Counted from the stretch's first letter, positions 7,076 through 16,325 are shown. The stretch: DNA of 64,000 bases from an uncultured delta proteobacterium (GCA_963797235.1 CAWCOX010000006.1:191668-255667); one strand, 5' to 3'. Notes: a model not told the origin generated them from the letters alone. Numbers and translations: made by a program.

Positions 7076-8431
7076 ATGAAAACCGTCCTGATCATCGCCG
7101 GGTCCGACCCGGGGGCCGGCGCCGGCCTGCAGCAAGACCTGAAGGTGGCCACCCTGCTGGGCACTTACGGCCTGACCGTGCCCACCGCCCTCACCGTGCA
7201 GAACAGCCTCGGGGTCCAGGCGGTGCACCCGGTGGCCCCGGAGGTGGTGGCGGCGCAGTTGGATGCAGTGCTCAGCGACTTCCCGGTGGACGCGGTGAAG
7301 GTGGGCTTGCTGGCCACCCAAGAGATCGTCGCCATCGTGGCCTCCCGCCTGCAGAAGCTGGGGCCGGTCCCGGTGGTCCTGGACCCGGTCCTGGCCGCGG
7401 GCGGCGGCTTCCCGTTGCTGGACGAGGCCGGCATCGCCGCCATGCAAGACCAGCTTTTTCCACTGACCACCCTGCTCACTCCCAACGCCCCGGAGGCCGC
7501 CCGGCTCACCGGTCTGAATATCGACAACCCGGCTGACCTGGAAGCGGCGGCCCGGCGCCTGCAGGCTTTGGGGCCTCGCTGGGTCCTGGCCAAGGGCGGT
7601 CACCTGCCGAATGATCCGGTGGACGTCCTGACCGACGGGAACAATTGTTACCACCTCCCCGGGGCGCGCCTGGCGGCCCCACACCAGCACGGCACGGGCT
7701 GTCTGCTGGCCAGCGCCTGCGCTGCCGGTCTGGCTCAAGGATTAGCCCTGCCGGAGGCGGTGAATCAGGCCCGCCGCCTTACCCGGCAGGCCCTCAAATT
7801 CGGCCTGCCTTTGGGCCGGGGCTCCGGGCCGGTGAACCCCTATGCCCCCTTTGCCCGGGAGCTGGCCCGGTTTGCGGTTTTGGCCGATTTGCAGGCGGCC
7901 GCGGCCCGGCTGCAAGCCGAGGACCTCAGCCCCCTGATCCCCGAAGTCATGACCAATTTGGGATTTGCCGTCCCCTACCCCGAAGGGCCGCAGGATGTGG
8001 CGGCCTTCCCGGGCCGCCTGGTGAAGAGCGCTTCCGGGGTGATCATCCCGGCCGCGCCGGCCTTTGGGGCCTCCCGGCACGTCGCCGCCATCATCCTCAC
8101 CGCCCTGGCGACGCACCCGGAACTGCGCAGCGCCATGAACCTCAAATACGTGGCAGGGATCGAAGACCTGGCTCCGCTGCTGCATTTGCGGGTAGCGTGC
8201 TTCGACCGGGCCCAGGAACCCGCAGACGTGAAGAGCCGGGAAGGCGGCACCCTGGCCTGGGGCGTGGCCTCGGTGCTGAAGGCCGGCCGGCCGGCCCCGG
8301 ATATCATTTATGATAAGGGGGATTTAGGCAAGGAAGCCATGCTCCGCCTCCTGGGTCCCAGCCCCATGGCCGTGGCCGAAAAGGCCCTGGCGCTTAAGCA
8401 TGCCTTGCAGGCGGGAGGGAAGCTGGAATAG
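7076..8431 (+). CDS. thiD: bifunctional hydroxymethylpyrimidine/phosphomethylpyrimidine kinase ThiD fused to ThiN-type thiamine-phosphate synthase domain
   Basis: N-terminus: IAGSDPGAGAGLQQD and HGTGC (ThiD). C-terminus: IPEVMTNLG, FGASRHVAAIIL and DLGKEAMLRLLG (ThiN-like). RBS GGAGA lies before ATG 7076. Confidence 0.85.
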   Translation: MKTVLIIAGSDPGAGAGLQQDLKVATLLGTYGLTVPTALTVQNSLGVQAVHPVAPEVVAAQLDAVLSDFPVDAVKVGLLATQEIVAIVASRLQKLGPVPVVLDPVLAAGGGFPLLDEAGIAAMQDQLFPLTTLLTPNAPEAARLTGLNIDNPADLEAAARRLQALGPRWVLAKGGHLPNDPVDVLTDGNNCYHLPGARLAAPHQHGTGCLLASACAAGLAQGLALPEAVNQARRLTRQALKFGLPLGRGSGPVNPYAPFARELARFAVLADLQAAAARLQAEDLSPLIPEVMTNLGFAVPYPEGPQDVAAFPGRLVKSASGVIIPAAPAFGASRHVAAIILTALATHPELRSAMNLKYVAGIEDLAPLLHLRVACFDRAQEPADVKSREGGTLAWGVASVLKAGRPAPDIIYDKGDLGKEAMLRLLGPSPMAVAEKALALKHALQAGGKLE

Positions 8432-8468
8432 GTGAGCAGTGAGCGGTGAGCGGTGAGCAGTGAGCAGT
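8431..8468. repeat. tandem heptamer array (RGTGAGC)x5
   Basis: GGTGAGC AGTGAGC GGTGAGC GGTGAGC AGTGAGC AGTAA. It starts at the last base of the thiD stop. Confidence 0.9.
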
Positions 8469-8571
8469 AAAAGCAAAAGAATGAAGCGCATTCAAAATCG
8501 TCAGAATGACCATTCTCACTAAGAGCAGGTTTTAAAATGTCTTGTAGGTTGAAATATCTGATGGTTTTTCT

Positions 8572-8599
8572 GCTCACTGCTTACTGCTCACTGCTTACC
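8572..8599. repeat. tandem heptamer array (GCTYACY)x4, inverted partner of 8431-8468
   Basis: GCTCACT GCTTACT GCTCACT GCTTACC. Confidence 0.9.
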
Positions 8600-8990
8600 T
8601 CTCCATCATGATCACCTTATACAGGGCCAGGCCCACCAGGAGGTGGCCCACCAGGATGGTGATATCAGAAAAGGTAGTTTGCAGCAGCCAGCCGAAGAAA
8701 TTCACGTCGGGCATTACCTTGACCTGCCCGGCCAGGGTGGCGCTGAGGGAGAAGTCGGCCATCATGATGATGCCCAGGTAGGCCAGGAAGCTGTTGAGGA
8801 TGACGGCCAGGATGGCAGTGTACCGAAAGAGGAACAACGGGCACACCAGCAACACGGCGATCCAGGAGAAGAGGTTGGGCCAGATATCGCTGATCAACGG
8901 GCTCGGCGGGTGAATCCGCAGATGCAGCAGGGCGCCGCTCAACGCCAGGGCCAGCAGGGCCACCCACAGGAGATAACGGATGTTTTTCAT
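8595..8990 (-). CDS. hypothetical integral membrane protein (about 4 TM)
   Basis: 131-aa hydrophobic ORF with normal codon bias. No recognisable motif. Confidence 0.5.
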   Translation of the reverse strand: MKNIRYLLWVALLALALSGALLHLRIHPPSPLISDIWPNLFSWIAVLLVCPLFLFRYTAILAVILNSFLAYLGIIMMADFSLSATLAGQVKVMPDVNFFGWLLQTTFSDITILVGHLLVGLALYKVIMMER

Positions 8991-8997
8991 GAGGCGC

Positions 8998-9220
8998 CTA
9001 AAATTTCATGGTGTAGCCCAGGAGAAACAGCAGGGCGATGGCCGTGGCGTGGAGCAGGAACCAGCCCAACCTGGGAAACAGGACATGGGAGAAGAACCGG
9101 ATCATCTCGTCACCCTTTCAGATACGCGGCGGTCAGGCGGCCGGCGGCATAGACCAGGGAGAACCCCAGAAAATGCACCAGCCACCAGCGCCAGGAGAGA
9201 AATTGCCAGCCTGGTCTCAT
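8998..9220 (-). pseudogene. possible small 2-TM membrane protein, split by a frameshift
   Basis: Own translation: MRPGWQFLSWRWWLVHFLGFSLVYAAGRLTAAYLKG* followed in the +1 frame by MIRFFSHVLFPRLGWFLLHATAIALLFLLGYTMKF*. Both pieces are below the track size cutoff. Confidence 0.25.
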
Positions 9221-9384
9221 CGTTTCACCGCTCCCCCCGGATTCTCGAACTTAACGCCTCAAAAAGGTAAGCACGGGAAAGGGAAAAATCCAGGTTGGGC
9301 GAGACAGAAAAATATACTGCCCAAACTTTAAATAATCTGTCGGTATTTCTGGAGGATTTCTTAAAGGAAAAAGGCAGGAAGAAG

Positions 9385-9428
9385 GGGGCGCACTGCGCCC
9401 CAAAGGGCACCGGCTGGAAAGCCGGTGC
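9385..9428. repeat. two adjacent REP-like hairpins
   Basis: GGGGCGCACTGCGCCCC and GCACCGGCTGGAAAGCCGGTGC. Confidence 0.75.
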
Positions 9429-9440
9429 TGCCGGGGAAGA

Positions 9441-10049
9441 TCAAAACCCGGACAGGCGGGCGATCTGCACCATGAGTTCGGCAGTGAGGGCCGGAGCCTG
9501 TTTCGGGAGGGCGGCGCGCAGGGGCGGCCCCAGGTTGACCTCCACCCGGCAGCCCCGTTCCAGGGGGTGATAGGAGACCCCCACGGGCACGAAGGGCAGC
9601 AGCCCCAGGCCGTCTCGATGTTGGAGCTTGAGCAGCATTTGAATGAGGCGGTGTTTGCCGGGCCCCACACACCCCCGGACATAGGTGCCTTCCGGAAACA
9701 GGACCACGTAAGCCCCGTCTTGCAGCAGAGGCAGCAGGCGCTTGAACGAGGACAGGGTGGCCCGGGGTCTCTCGCGGTCCAGCGGCACCCCGCCCCAGGC
9801 ATAGAGCACGTCGCGGATCACCGGCTGCTGGAAAAGCTCCACCTTGGCGATGTAGTGCAGCGGCGGCGGCAGGGCCATGCCGACGAGCGGGATGTCCTCC
9901 CAGCGCTGGTGCTTGGGGCAGATGATGGCCGGGCCGCGGGCCGGCAGGTTTTCTAACCCCTGGACCTCGAGTGCGAAATAGCGCCCGAGGGTCTGCCGGC
10001 AAAACCAGCGGCCCAGACGGTAGAAGGTGGGGGAGAGGGTGTGGGTCAT
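9441..10049 (-). CDS. lysophospholipid (1-acyl-sn-glycerol-3-phosphate) acyltransferase family protein
   Basis: HQRWEDI (HX4D) and FPEGT motifs. Confidence 0.8.
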   Translation of the reverse strand: MTHTLSPTFYRLGRWFCRQTLGRYFALEVQGLENLPARGPAIICPKHQRWEDIPLVGMALPPPLHYIAKVELFQQPVIRDVLYAWGGVPLDRERPRATLSSFKRLLPLLQDGAYVVLFPEGTYVRGCVGPGKHRLIQMLLKLQHRDGLGLLPFVPVGVSYHPLERGCRVEVNLGPPLRAALPKQAPALTAELMVQIARLSGF

Positions 10050-10162
10050 GAGAAATTACGGTGACCATCGGCAGGCTAACGATTCCCGCCGATGATGATT
10101 TTTTAATGCTAAAATATCAGAGGCCAGAAGCAGGTGTCAATTCAAGAAGCGGAGGAGGGCCT

Positions 10163-11290
10163 ATGATCTACCTGGACTACAACGCCACCACGCCGGTGGC
10201 CCCGGAGGTGGCCGCGGCCATGCAGCCCTTTCTGGGGCCGGAGTTCGGCAACCCGAGCTGCGACTATCCCCTGGGGCTGAAGGCCCGGGAGGCGATGCAC
10301 CAGGCCCGGCGAGAGGTGGCGGGGCTCTTGAACTGCGCCCCGGATGAGGTGGTCTTCACCAGCGGGGCCACCGAGGCCAACAACCTGGTCCTCAAGGGCG
10401 TGGCCCTGAGCCGCGGTTCGGGCCTGATCATCACCGCGGCCACCGAGCATCCCGCGGTGCTGGCGCCCTGCCGGTGGCTGGCCTCGCTGGGCATCGGCTT
10501 AACGGTGCTGCCGGTGGACCCGCAAGGTTTAGTGGACCCCGAGGCGGTACGCCGGGCCCTGACCCCGGACACCATGCTCATCAGCATCATGCACGCCAAC
10601 AACGAGACCGGGGCCCTGGCGCCCCTCAAAGAGATTGCCGCCATCGCCCGGGAGGCCGGCGTGCCGCTGCATACCGACGCGGCCCAGAGCGTGGGCAAGG
10701 TCAGGGTGGACGTGGAGGAATTGGGGGTGGATTTTCTCACCGTGGCGGGGCACAAATTCTACGCCCCCAAAGGGGTCGGAGCGCTTTACCTGCGCCGGGG
10801 CCGGGAACTGACGCCCCTGCTGCACGGCGCCTCCCAGGAGGGCGGCCGCCGGGCCGGCACCGAGAACCTGCCCTATATGGTGGCCCTGGGTGAGGCCTGC
10901 CGCCTGGCAAAGGTGCGGCAGACGGCCGACGCCGCCCACCTCAAAGAGCTGCGGGACCTGCTGCACGCCAAGCTCAAGGCCGGCTTCCCCGGCCTGGTCC
11001 TGAACGGCCCCGAGTCCGCGCGCCTGCCCAGCACCTTGAACGTCTCCTTTCTCGGGATTTCCGGGGCCGAACTTATGGCCGGGGTGCCGGAGGTGGCCGC
11101 CTCTCTGGGGTCCGCCTGCCACGCCGGCCAGGAGTCCATCTCCCCGGTCCTGGCGGCCATGGGGGTCGCGGCCGCAGTCGCCCGGGGCGCGGTGCGCTTC
11201 AGTCTGGGCCGGCCCACCACCCGGGAGGAGATTGAAAAGGCTGCGGCCTTGATAGTGAAACAGGCTCTGGCCCTGGCCGCAAAAAAATAA
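10163..11290 (+). CDS. cysteine desulfurase (NifS/IscS family)
   Basis: MIYLDYNATTP start after RBS GGAGGA. SGATEANN, PLP-lysine context AGHKFYAPKG and catalytic Cys in SLGSACHAG. Confidence 0.9.
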   Translation: MIYLDYNATTPVAPEVAAAMQPFLGPEFGNPSCDYPLGLKAREAMHQARREVAGLLNCAPDEVVFTSGATEANNLVLKGVALSRGSGLIITAATEHPAVLAPCRWLASLGIGLTVLPVDPQGLVDPEAVRRALTPDTMLISIMHANNETGALAPLKEIAAIAREAGVPLHTDAAQSVGKVRVDVEELGVDFLTVAGHKFYAPKGVGALYLRRGRELTPLLHGASQEGGRRAGTENLPYMVALGEACRLAKVRQTADAAHLKELRDLLHAKLKAGFPGLVLNGPESARLPSTLNVSFLGISGAELMAGVPEVAASLGSACHAGQESISPVLAAMGVAAAVARGAVRFSLGRPTTREEIEKAAALIVKQALALAAKK

Positions 11291-11315
11291 GGGCGAACAC
11301 CAGGTTCGCCCCTAC
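11291..11315. repeat. REP-like hairpin, family R3
   Basis: GGGCGAACACCAGGTTCGCCCCTAC, between convergent genes. Confidence 0.75.
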
Positions 11316-11338
11316 GGGTTCCAAGCAAAAATGCTGAC

Positions 11339-11586
11339 TCAGCGCTTCAAGTTTGACTCTTCGATAAGGATCTCGGCCAGCTTGGCGGAATCGATCTCAT
11401 AGGTCCCCTGGTCGATGGCCTCTTTCAGGCGCGCCACCTGGTCCGGGCGGACTTCCGGGGTCTGGTAGACGACTTCCCGGGCCAGGCGCTTCAAGCCTTC
11501 CAGGCAATCATCGCCCACCTCGGGGGTTCTCCGCTCGAGATCGAGTCTGGCTGGCAGCCAGGATGCTGTTTCTCGTCATTACTCAT
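11339..11586 (-). pseudogene. flgM: FlgM-like anti-sigma-28 factor, apparent frameshift
   Basis: Own translation: MSNDEKQHPGCQPDSISSGEPP then, after a 1-nt slip at the G5 run 11522-11526, EVGDDCLEGLKRLAREVVYQTPEVRPDQVARLKEAIDQGTYEIDSAKLAEILIEESNLKR. The C-terminus matches the FlgM signature. Both pieces are under 60 aa, so it is absent from the track. Confidence 0.45.
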
Positions 11587-11694
11587 AATTTCGAGTTCAT
11601 TTTAATATTTATCAATCAGGCAATCAAGAAGATAAATTTCTGGTTAAATTCAAGCCGCGCCCCGCTGAGGCGCAATAGCCACTCCTAGTTAGTC

Positions 11695-11721
11695 TTATCG
11701 GATTTGGACGCCGGAGCTTGA
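11695..11721 (-). promoter_or_regulatory. candidate sigma-28 (FliA) promoter upstream of the flgM-like gene
   Basis: The minus strand reads TCAA-N15-TCCGATAA, against the consensus TAAA-N15-GCCGATAA. Confidence 0.3.
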
Positions 11722-11788
11722 ATTATTGGAGAGTGCCGCGAGCCGCCTCCGACTCCCGCCTGGCCGGTGAGCGCGAGTCGGACGCGGC

Positions 11789-12721
11789 TCAAGTTTCTCC
11801 GGCCAGCCAGAGATAGAGGAACTGGGGGCCGGCGCTCTCCAGCTCCGGGACCATGGAGTAGATATTGGGGCGGTAAGTGCCGGGCCGGTGATAGCGAACG
11901 ATCCGGGCCCCGGAGATGCCGGCCAGGGCCTGGGCCTCCTTCAGGGCGTCGTCCAGGTAGCCGATCTGGTCGATCAATTTCAGGTCCCGGGCCTGGGGGG
12001 CGGTGAAGATGCGGCCGTCGGCCACCTGCCGGACCTCTTTGAGGCTCATCTTACGGCCCTGGGCCACCACGTTGATGAAGTCCCGGTAAAATTCCTCGAT
12101 GATCTGCTGCATCATCTCTTTTTCTTGGGGGGTGGCGGCCCGGAAGGGCGACCAGAAATCCTTCCAGGCCCCGGTCTTCACTACGTCGGTATCCACCCCC
12201 ACCTTGTCCATTAGGCCCCGGAAGTTGAATTTCATGGCGATGACCCCGATGGAGCCGGTGATACAGGTGGGATAGGCCATGATGGTGTCGCCGGCCTGGG
12301 CCACGTAATAGCCCCCGGAGGCGGCCAGGCCCTCCAGGCAGACCACGATGGGCAGGTGGCGCTCGGCCTTGAAGCTCTGCAGTTCGTGGAGGATGACGTC
12401 CGCGGCGCTCACGGTGCCCCCCGGGGAATTGATCTTCAGGACCACCGCCTTGATGTGGTCGTCCTTGGCGGCCTTCTCCAGTTCCTCCTTCACCCGGCTG
12501 GGGGTGGTGACGCCCTTGAAGAGGCCCAGAAGGCGCTGGGGGCCACTTTCCACGACCATGCCGTGGATGTCCAGCAGCAGGACCTTGTCCCGGCCGTAGC
12601 CCGATACGGTCTTCTCCTTCAAGGGTTCGGCCTCTTCGAAGAGGGGGACTTTGACGGTGATGCAGCCGGCCAGCACCAGGAGAACTAGACTAATTATGGC
12701 CAGGATAATTTTGGGACGCAT
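11789..12721 (-). CDS. sppA: signal peptide peptidase SppA (36K type)
   Basis: N-terminal TM segment. NSPGGTVSA and GLAASGGYYVA serine-protease motifs. Confidence 0.85.
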   Translation of the reverse strand: MRPKIILAIISLVLLVLAGCITVKVPLFEEAEPLKEKTVSGYGRDKVLLLDIHGMVVESGPQRLLGLFKGVTTPSRVKEELEKAAKDDHIKAVVLKINSPGGTVSAADVILHELQSFKAERHLPIVVCLEGLAASGGYYVAQAGDTIMAYPTCITGSIGVIAMKFNFRGLMDKVGVDTDVVKTGAWKDFWSPFRAATPQEKEMMQQIIEEFYRDFINVVAQGRKMSLKEVRQVADGRIFTAPQARDLKLIDQIGYLDDALKEAQALAGISGARIVRYHRPGTYRPNIYSMVPELESAGPQFLYLWLAGET

Positions 12722-12751
12722 AAGCCGCCTTTCTGAACTGGGTTATTCTTG

Positions 12752-12778
12752 GTAGGGGCGGCTCGCGAGCCGCCCCAC
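12752..12778. repeat. REP-like hairpin, family R3
   Basis: GTAGGGGCGGCTCGCGAGCCGCCCCAC. The core is identical to 32528-32554. Confidence 0.85.
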
Positions 12779-13169
12779 AGCCGTAGCTTTATCTCCTTAT
12801 AGATGATGTGGCCCGCGGGTGCAATCCTTCATTTGACAGGGAGGGTGGGAAGACATTCTCAGGGCGCCTGCCGAGGTGGTCGGGCGGGCTGTCCCGGCCC
12901 ACCGGCACCGGTTTTGTGCACTTGTACAAGCCTTTTTGAAGCCCTAACCGATTTTAGTATTGGAGGGCTCCAGGGCGAAACGGCAAAGTTGGGTCCAGAA
13001 AGAAAAAAGCACTTGACACTTTTAAAATAGATGATAAACAATAATCGTTTCAGAACTATCACCTTATCAACCTCAATAATCTTCTTTAATTGAAAAGACG
13101 CAAGTCGCGTTAAGGGGGACGAGGTTATTGCGATAGGTGCTATCTGACACGGGAGGAGGCGATAATTGC

Positions 13170-13370
13170 ATGCCCGGCGTCAGGGTCAAACCCAACGAAC
13201 CTTTCGAGGTCGCCTTAAAGCGCTTTAAGAAGCAATGCGAAAAGGCCGGGATTCTCTCTGAGATTCGTAAGCGGGAACATTACGAAAAACCCAGCATAAA
13301 GCGGAAGAAAAAAATTTTGGCGGCCAAGAAGCGGGCCTTGAAGAAGATGCGCAAGATCGAGGGGTCATAA
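13170..13370 (+). CDS. rpsU: 30S ribosomal protein S21
   Basis: [53 protein letters not shown] lies upstream. Confidence 0.95.
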   Translation: MPGVRVKPNEPFEVALKRFKKQCEKAGILSEIRKREHYEKPSIKRKKKILAAKKRALKKMRKIEGS

Positions 13371-13816
13371 TGCCCCTTTATCCGCAGCTTGATCAGGCCC
13401 TCAAAACGGCCCTCAAAAGTCAACAGCCGGTGGCGGCGTCCACGTTGAGGATGCTGAAAAGCGCCATTCGCTATCGGGAGGTGGAGTTGAAACGCAGCCT
13501 ATCCGAAGACGAACTGCTCGCCGTGGTCGCCACCCAGGCCAAACAACGTCGGGAAGCCGTAGCGGAGTACGACAAAGCCGGGCGGCCCGACCTAGCCAAA
13601 AAAGAAGAGGAGGAGCTTAGCATCCTCCTCTCTTTTTTGCCGCAACAACTGACTAATGCAGAATGTGAAGCTGAAGTATCCGGGATCATTGCTGAATTGG
13701 GGGCGTCGGGGCCCAAGGATTTGGGCCGGGTGATGAAGGCCGTTATGGCCCGCCTGGCCGGAAGGGCCGACGGCAAGGTGATCCAGGAGATGGCGCGGCG
13801 GCGCTTGAGTTCGTAA
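13370..13816 (+). CDS. GatB/YqeY domain-containing protein
   Basis: 148 aa with family-typical LKSAIRYREVE and KDLGRVMKAVM. The ATG overlaps the rpsU stop (TAATG). Confidence 0.85.
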   Translation: MPLYPQLDQALKTALKSQQPVAASTLRMLKSAIRYREVELKRSLSEDELLAVVATQAKQRREAVAEYDKAGRPDLAKKEEEELSILLSFLPQQLTNAECEAEVSGIIAELGASGPKDLGRVMKAVMARLAGRADGKVIQEMARRRLSS

Positions 13817-13850
13817 TCCTTCCAACCTTTCACTTTAGACCTGGAGTGCT

Positions 13851-16205
13851 ATGGCAGAGCAATCCTTGAGCGCCCTGGAGTTTCCGGGGCTCATCCGGGT
13901 CGTGCAGCAGTACGCCGTCGCGCCCCTGGGTCGGGATTATCTCAGCACCCTGGCGCCCCTCACCGATCTAAGCCTGATTCAGGCAAAATTTCAGCAAATT
14001 AAGGAATGGCAGGAACTGGAGAACCGGGAGGGCGCCTCGCCCCTGGACGATTTCTCCGACCTGGCGCCATGGCTCACCAAGGTGACGGTGCGGGGCAGCC
14101 TCCTGCCGGCCGAGGCCTTCAACGAGATCTTGCAGGTGCTGCGCCTGGCCGGCCACCTGAAGACTTATCTCAAGTCGAACGAATCCCTGACGCCGCAGTT
14201 ATCGGCCCTGAGCGGCGGCCTCAAGGACCTCTCCCGCCTCCAGGAAGCCATCCAGCAGTGCATCAGCCCGCACCATTTCATCCTGGACCAGGCGAGCCCG
14301 GGGCTGGCCGGGGTGCGCCGGGAACTGACCGAGACCCGGGAGCGGGTCAACCGCCAGATCAAGCAGGATTTTTTCCGGCCGGAATACCAGAACGCCCTGC
14401 AAAACCCCATCATCTCCCAGCGCCACGGGCGCTATGTCATCCCCATCAAGGCCGACCACCGGGGGGCGATCCCCGGCATCATCCACGATCAGTCCCAGAC
14501 CAAGGCCACCCTGTTCCTGGAGCCTCTGGCCATCGTGGAGCACAACAACGCCCTCAACCTGCTGCATAATCGGGAAAAGCGGGAAGAGGAACTGGTGCTG
14601 CGGCGCCTCACGGACCTGGTGCGCGATGCGCTCGAGGATATTCGCCAGACCCTGGCCACCCTGGCCGAGGCCGACGCCCTGCAGGCCAAGGTGCTCTTTG
14701 CCCGGGATTTCAAGGCCATAGAGCCCCTCTGGCGGAGCCGCGGCGGCCTGGATTTCAAGCAGGCCCGCCATCCCCTGCTGATTCAGCGCCACCGGGAGGA
14801 CCCCGGGGCGCCGGAAGTGGTGCCCATCGACCTGACGCTCACCCCGGAAAACCGCTGGCTGATCATCTCCGGGGCCAACGCCGGCGGCAAGACCGTGGCC
14901 CTGAAGACCCTGGGCCTGCTCACCCTCATGGCGCAGAGCGGCATCCCCATTCCGGTGGCCGAAGGCAGCGAGTTCTGCCCCTTCGACCGCGTCTTCGCCG
15001 ACATCGGCGACCCCCAGGATTTGCACCAGAGCCTGAGCACCTTTTCGGCCCACTTGAAAAAGGCCCTGGAAGTGCTTAATAGCCTGCCGGGGAGGGATCT
15101 CATCCTGCTGGATGAGCTGGGTACCGCCACCGATCCTACCGAGGGGGGCGCGCTGGCGTTAGCTCTGCTGCAAGTCTTCTATCAGAGGGGTGCTTACGGG
15201 GCGGCGACGACCCATATTCCCCTGTTGAAGGGGTTCGCCCAACGCACCGAAGGCTTCGAGAACGTGGCGGTGGTCTTCAATGAGGAGACCCGGCGGCCCA
15301 CCTATGGCCTGGCCTACGGGGTGGTGGGGGCCTCCAACGCCCTGAAGATCGCCCGGGAGTTGGGCTTGAGCGCCGAGATTCTGGCCCAGGCCGAGCGCTA
15401 TCTCGACCAGGACGAACTGCGGGCCTACCGGCTCTTGGGCGAAGTCGAGGCGGCCCAGCAGGAGGTGGCCCGGCGCGAGGCGGAGCTGGCGGCCCACACC
15501 CGGGAACTGGAGGCCAGGAACCGGGAGTTGGAGGCGCAGCAACGGGAACTGGAGACGGAGCGGCAGCGGCTGGTAACTGAAGTGAAGCGCCATGCCCTGG
15601 ACAGCATCAAAGAGGCGGAGGGGCAATTTAAGGAGATCGTCAAGCGGCTGCAAAGCGGCGGCGAGTCCTGGGGCAGGCTGCGCCAGGAGTTCTCCCGGCG
15701 CCAGGCCGACCTGCTCCAGGAACTGACCCCCGCCCCGAGCCTGACGCCGCCTCCGAGGCCGGTCTATACTCCCGGCCAGAAGGTCTTTTTGCCGGCGTTG
15801 GGGCTGACCGGCGAGATTCTTGCGCAAGATAGTAAGGATGGACGCTTGCAGGTACAGGTGCGCCAGGTGAAGATCCGCGTGCTGCCTGAAGAAGTGGCCC
15901 CGGTCGGGGAGAAGGGCCGGCCCAAAAAGGCCGCGGCGGCGCCGGCTTTGGTCTGCCTGCCGCCCCGGGAATTGGTGCAAAATCTGAACATCATCGGCCT
16001 CCGGGTGGACGAGGCCCTGCCCCTGGTGGACCGGCTCCTCGACCAGGCGGTGCTGAACGGCGCCGAACACGTGGACATCATCCACGGCGTGGGCACCGGC
16101 CGCCTCAAAAAGGCGGTCTGGGAACACCTGAAGCGCCACGGCGCGGTGAAGGAACTCCACGCCGACGCCAACCCCGGGGTGACCGTGGTGGATTTAAAGG
16201 ATTAG
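13851..16205 (+). CDS. mutS2: endonuclease MutS2
   Basis: Walker A GANAGGKT, DELGTATDP and a C-terminal Smr domain (DIIHGVGTGRLK). Confidence 0.9.
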   Translation: MAEQSLSALEFPGLIRVVQQYAVAPLGRDYLSTLAPLTDLSLIQAKFQQIKEWQELENREGASPLDDFSDLAPWLTKVTVRGSLLPAEAFNEILQVLRLAGHLKTYLKSNESLTPQLSALSGGLKDLSRLQEAIQQCISPHHFILDQASPGLAGVRRELTETRERVNRQIKQDFFRPEYQNALQNPIISQRHGRYVIPIKADHRGAIPGIIHDQSQTKATLFLEPLAIVEHNNALNLLHNREKREEELVLRRLTDLVRDALEDIRQTLATLAEADALQAKVLFARDFKAIEPLWRSRGGLDFKQARHPLLIQRHREDPGAPEVVPIDLTLTPENRWLIISGANAGGKTVALKTLGLLTLMAQSGIPIPVAEGSEFCPFDRVFADIGDPQDLHQSLSTFSAHLKKALEVLNSLPGRDLILLDELGTATDPTEGGALALALLQVFYQRGAYGAATTHIPLLKGFAQRTEGFENVAVVFNEETRRPTYGLAYGVVGASNALKIARELGLSAEILAQAERYLDQDELRAYRLLGEVEAAQQEVARREAELAAHTRELEARNRELEAQQRELETERQRLVTEVKRHALDSIKEAEGQFKEIVKRLQSGGESWGRLRQEFSRRQADLLQELTPAPSLTPPPRPVYTPGQKVFLPALGLTGEILAQDSKDGRLQVQVRQVKIRVLPEEVAPVGEKGRPKKAAAAPALVCLPPRELVQNLNIIGLRVDEALPLVDRLLDQAVLNGAEHVDIIHGVGTGRLKKAVWEHLKRHGAVKELHADANPGVTVVDLKD

Positions 16206-16235
16206 AGGGGAAAAGGGAAGTAAGAAGGAAAAGAG
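16206..16235. repeat. purine-tract short repeat (GGGGAAAA-like units)
   Basis: GAGGGGAAAA GGGAAGTAA GAAGGAAAA GAG, directly after the mutS2 stop. Confidence 0.6.
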
Positions 16236-16255
16236 CACAGGCTGGAAGCCTGCGC
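16235..16255. repeat. REP-like hairpin, family R2
   Basis: GCACAGGCTGGAAGCCTGCGC. Confidence 0.7.
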
Positions 16256-16288
16256 TACCAAAAGCCGACAGAGGAATAAGTTAACCGA

Positions 16289-16325
16289 AACTGACAACTG
16301 ACCACTGACAACTAGGCAACTGACC
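16289..16325. repeat. tandem heptamer array x5 abutting the dnaG ATG
   Basis: AACTGAC AACTGAC CACTGAC AACTAGG CAACTGACC, then ATG 16326. Confidence 0.85.

Noticed and set aside
12800-12990. SRP (4.5S) or 6S RNA in the sppA-rpsU spacer
   Set aside because: No GGAAG..AGCA SRP domain IV motif is present. 6S cannot be recognised without covariance models.
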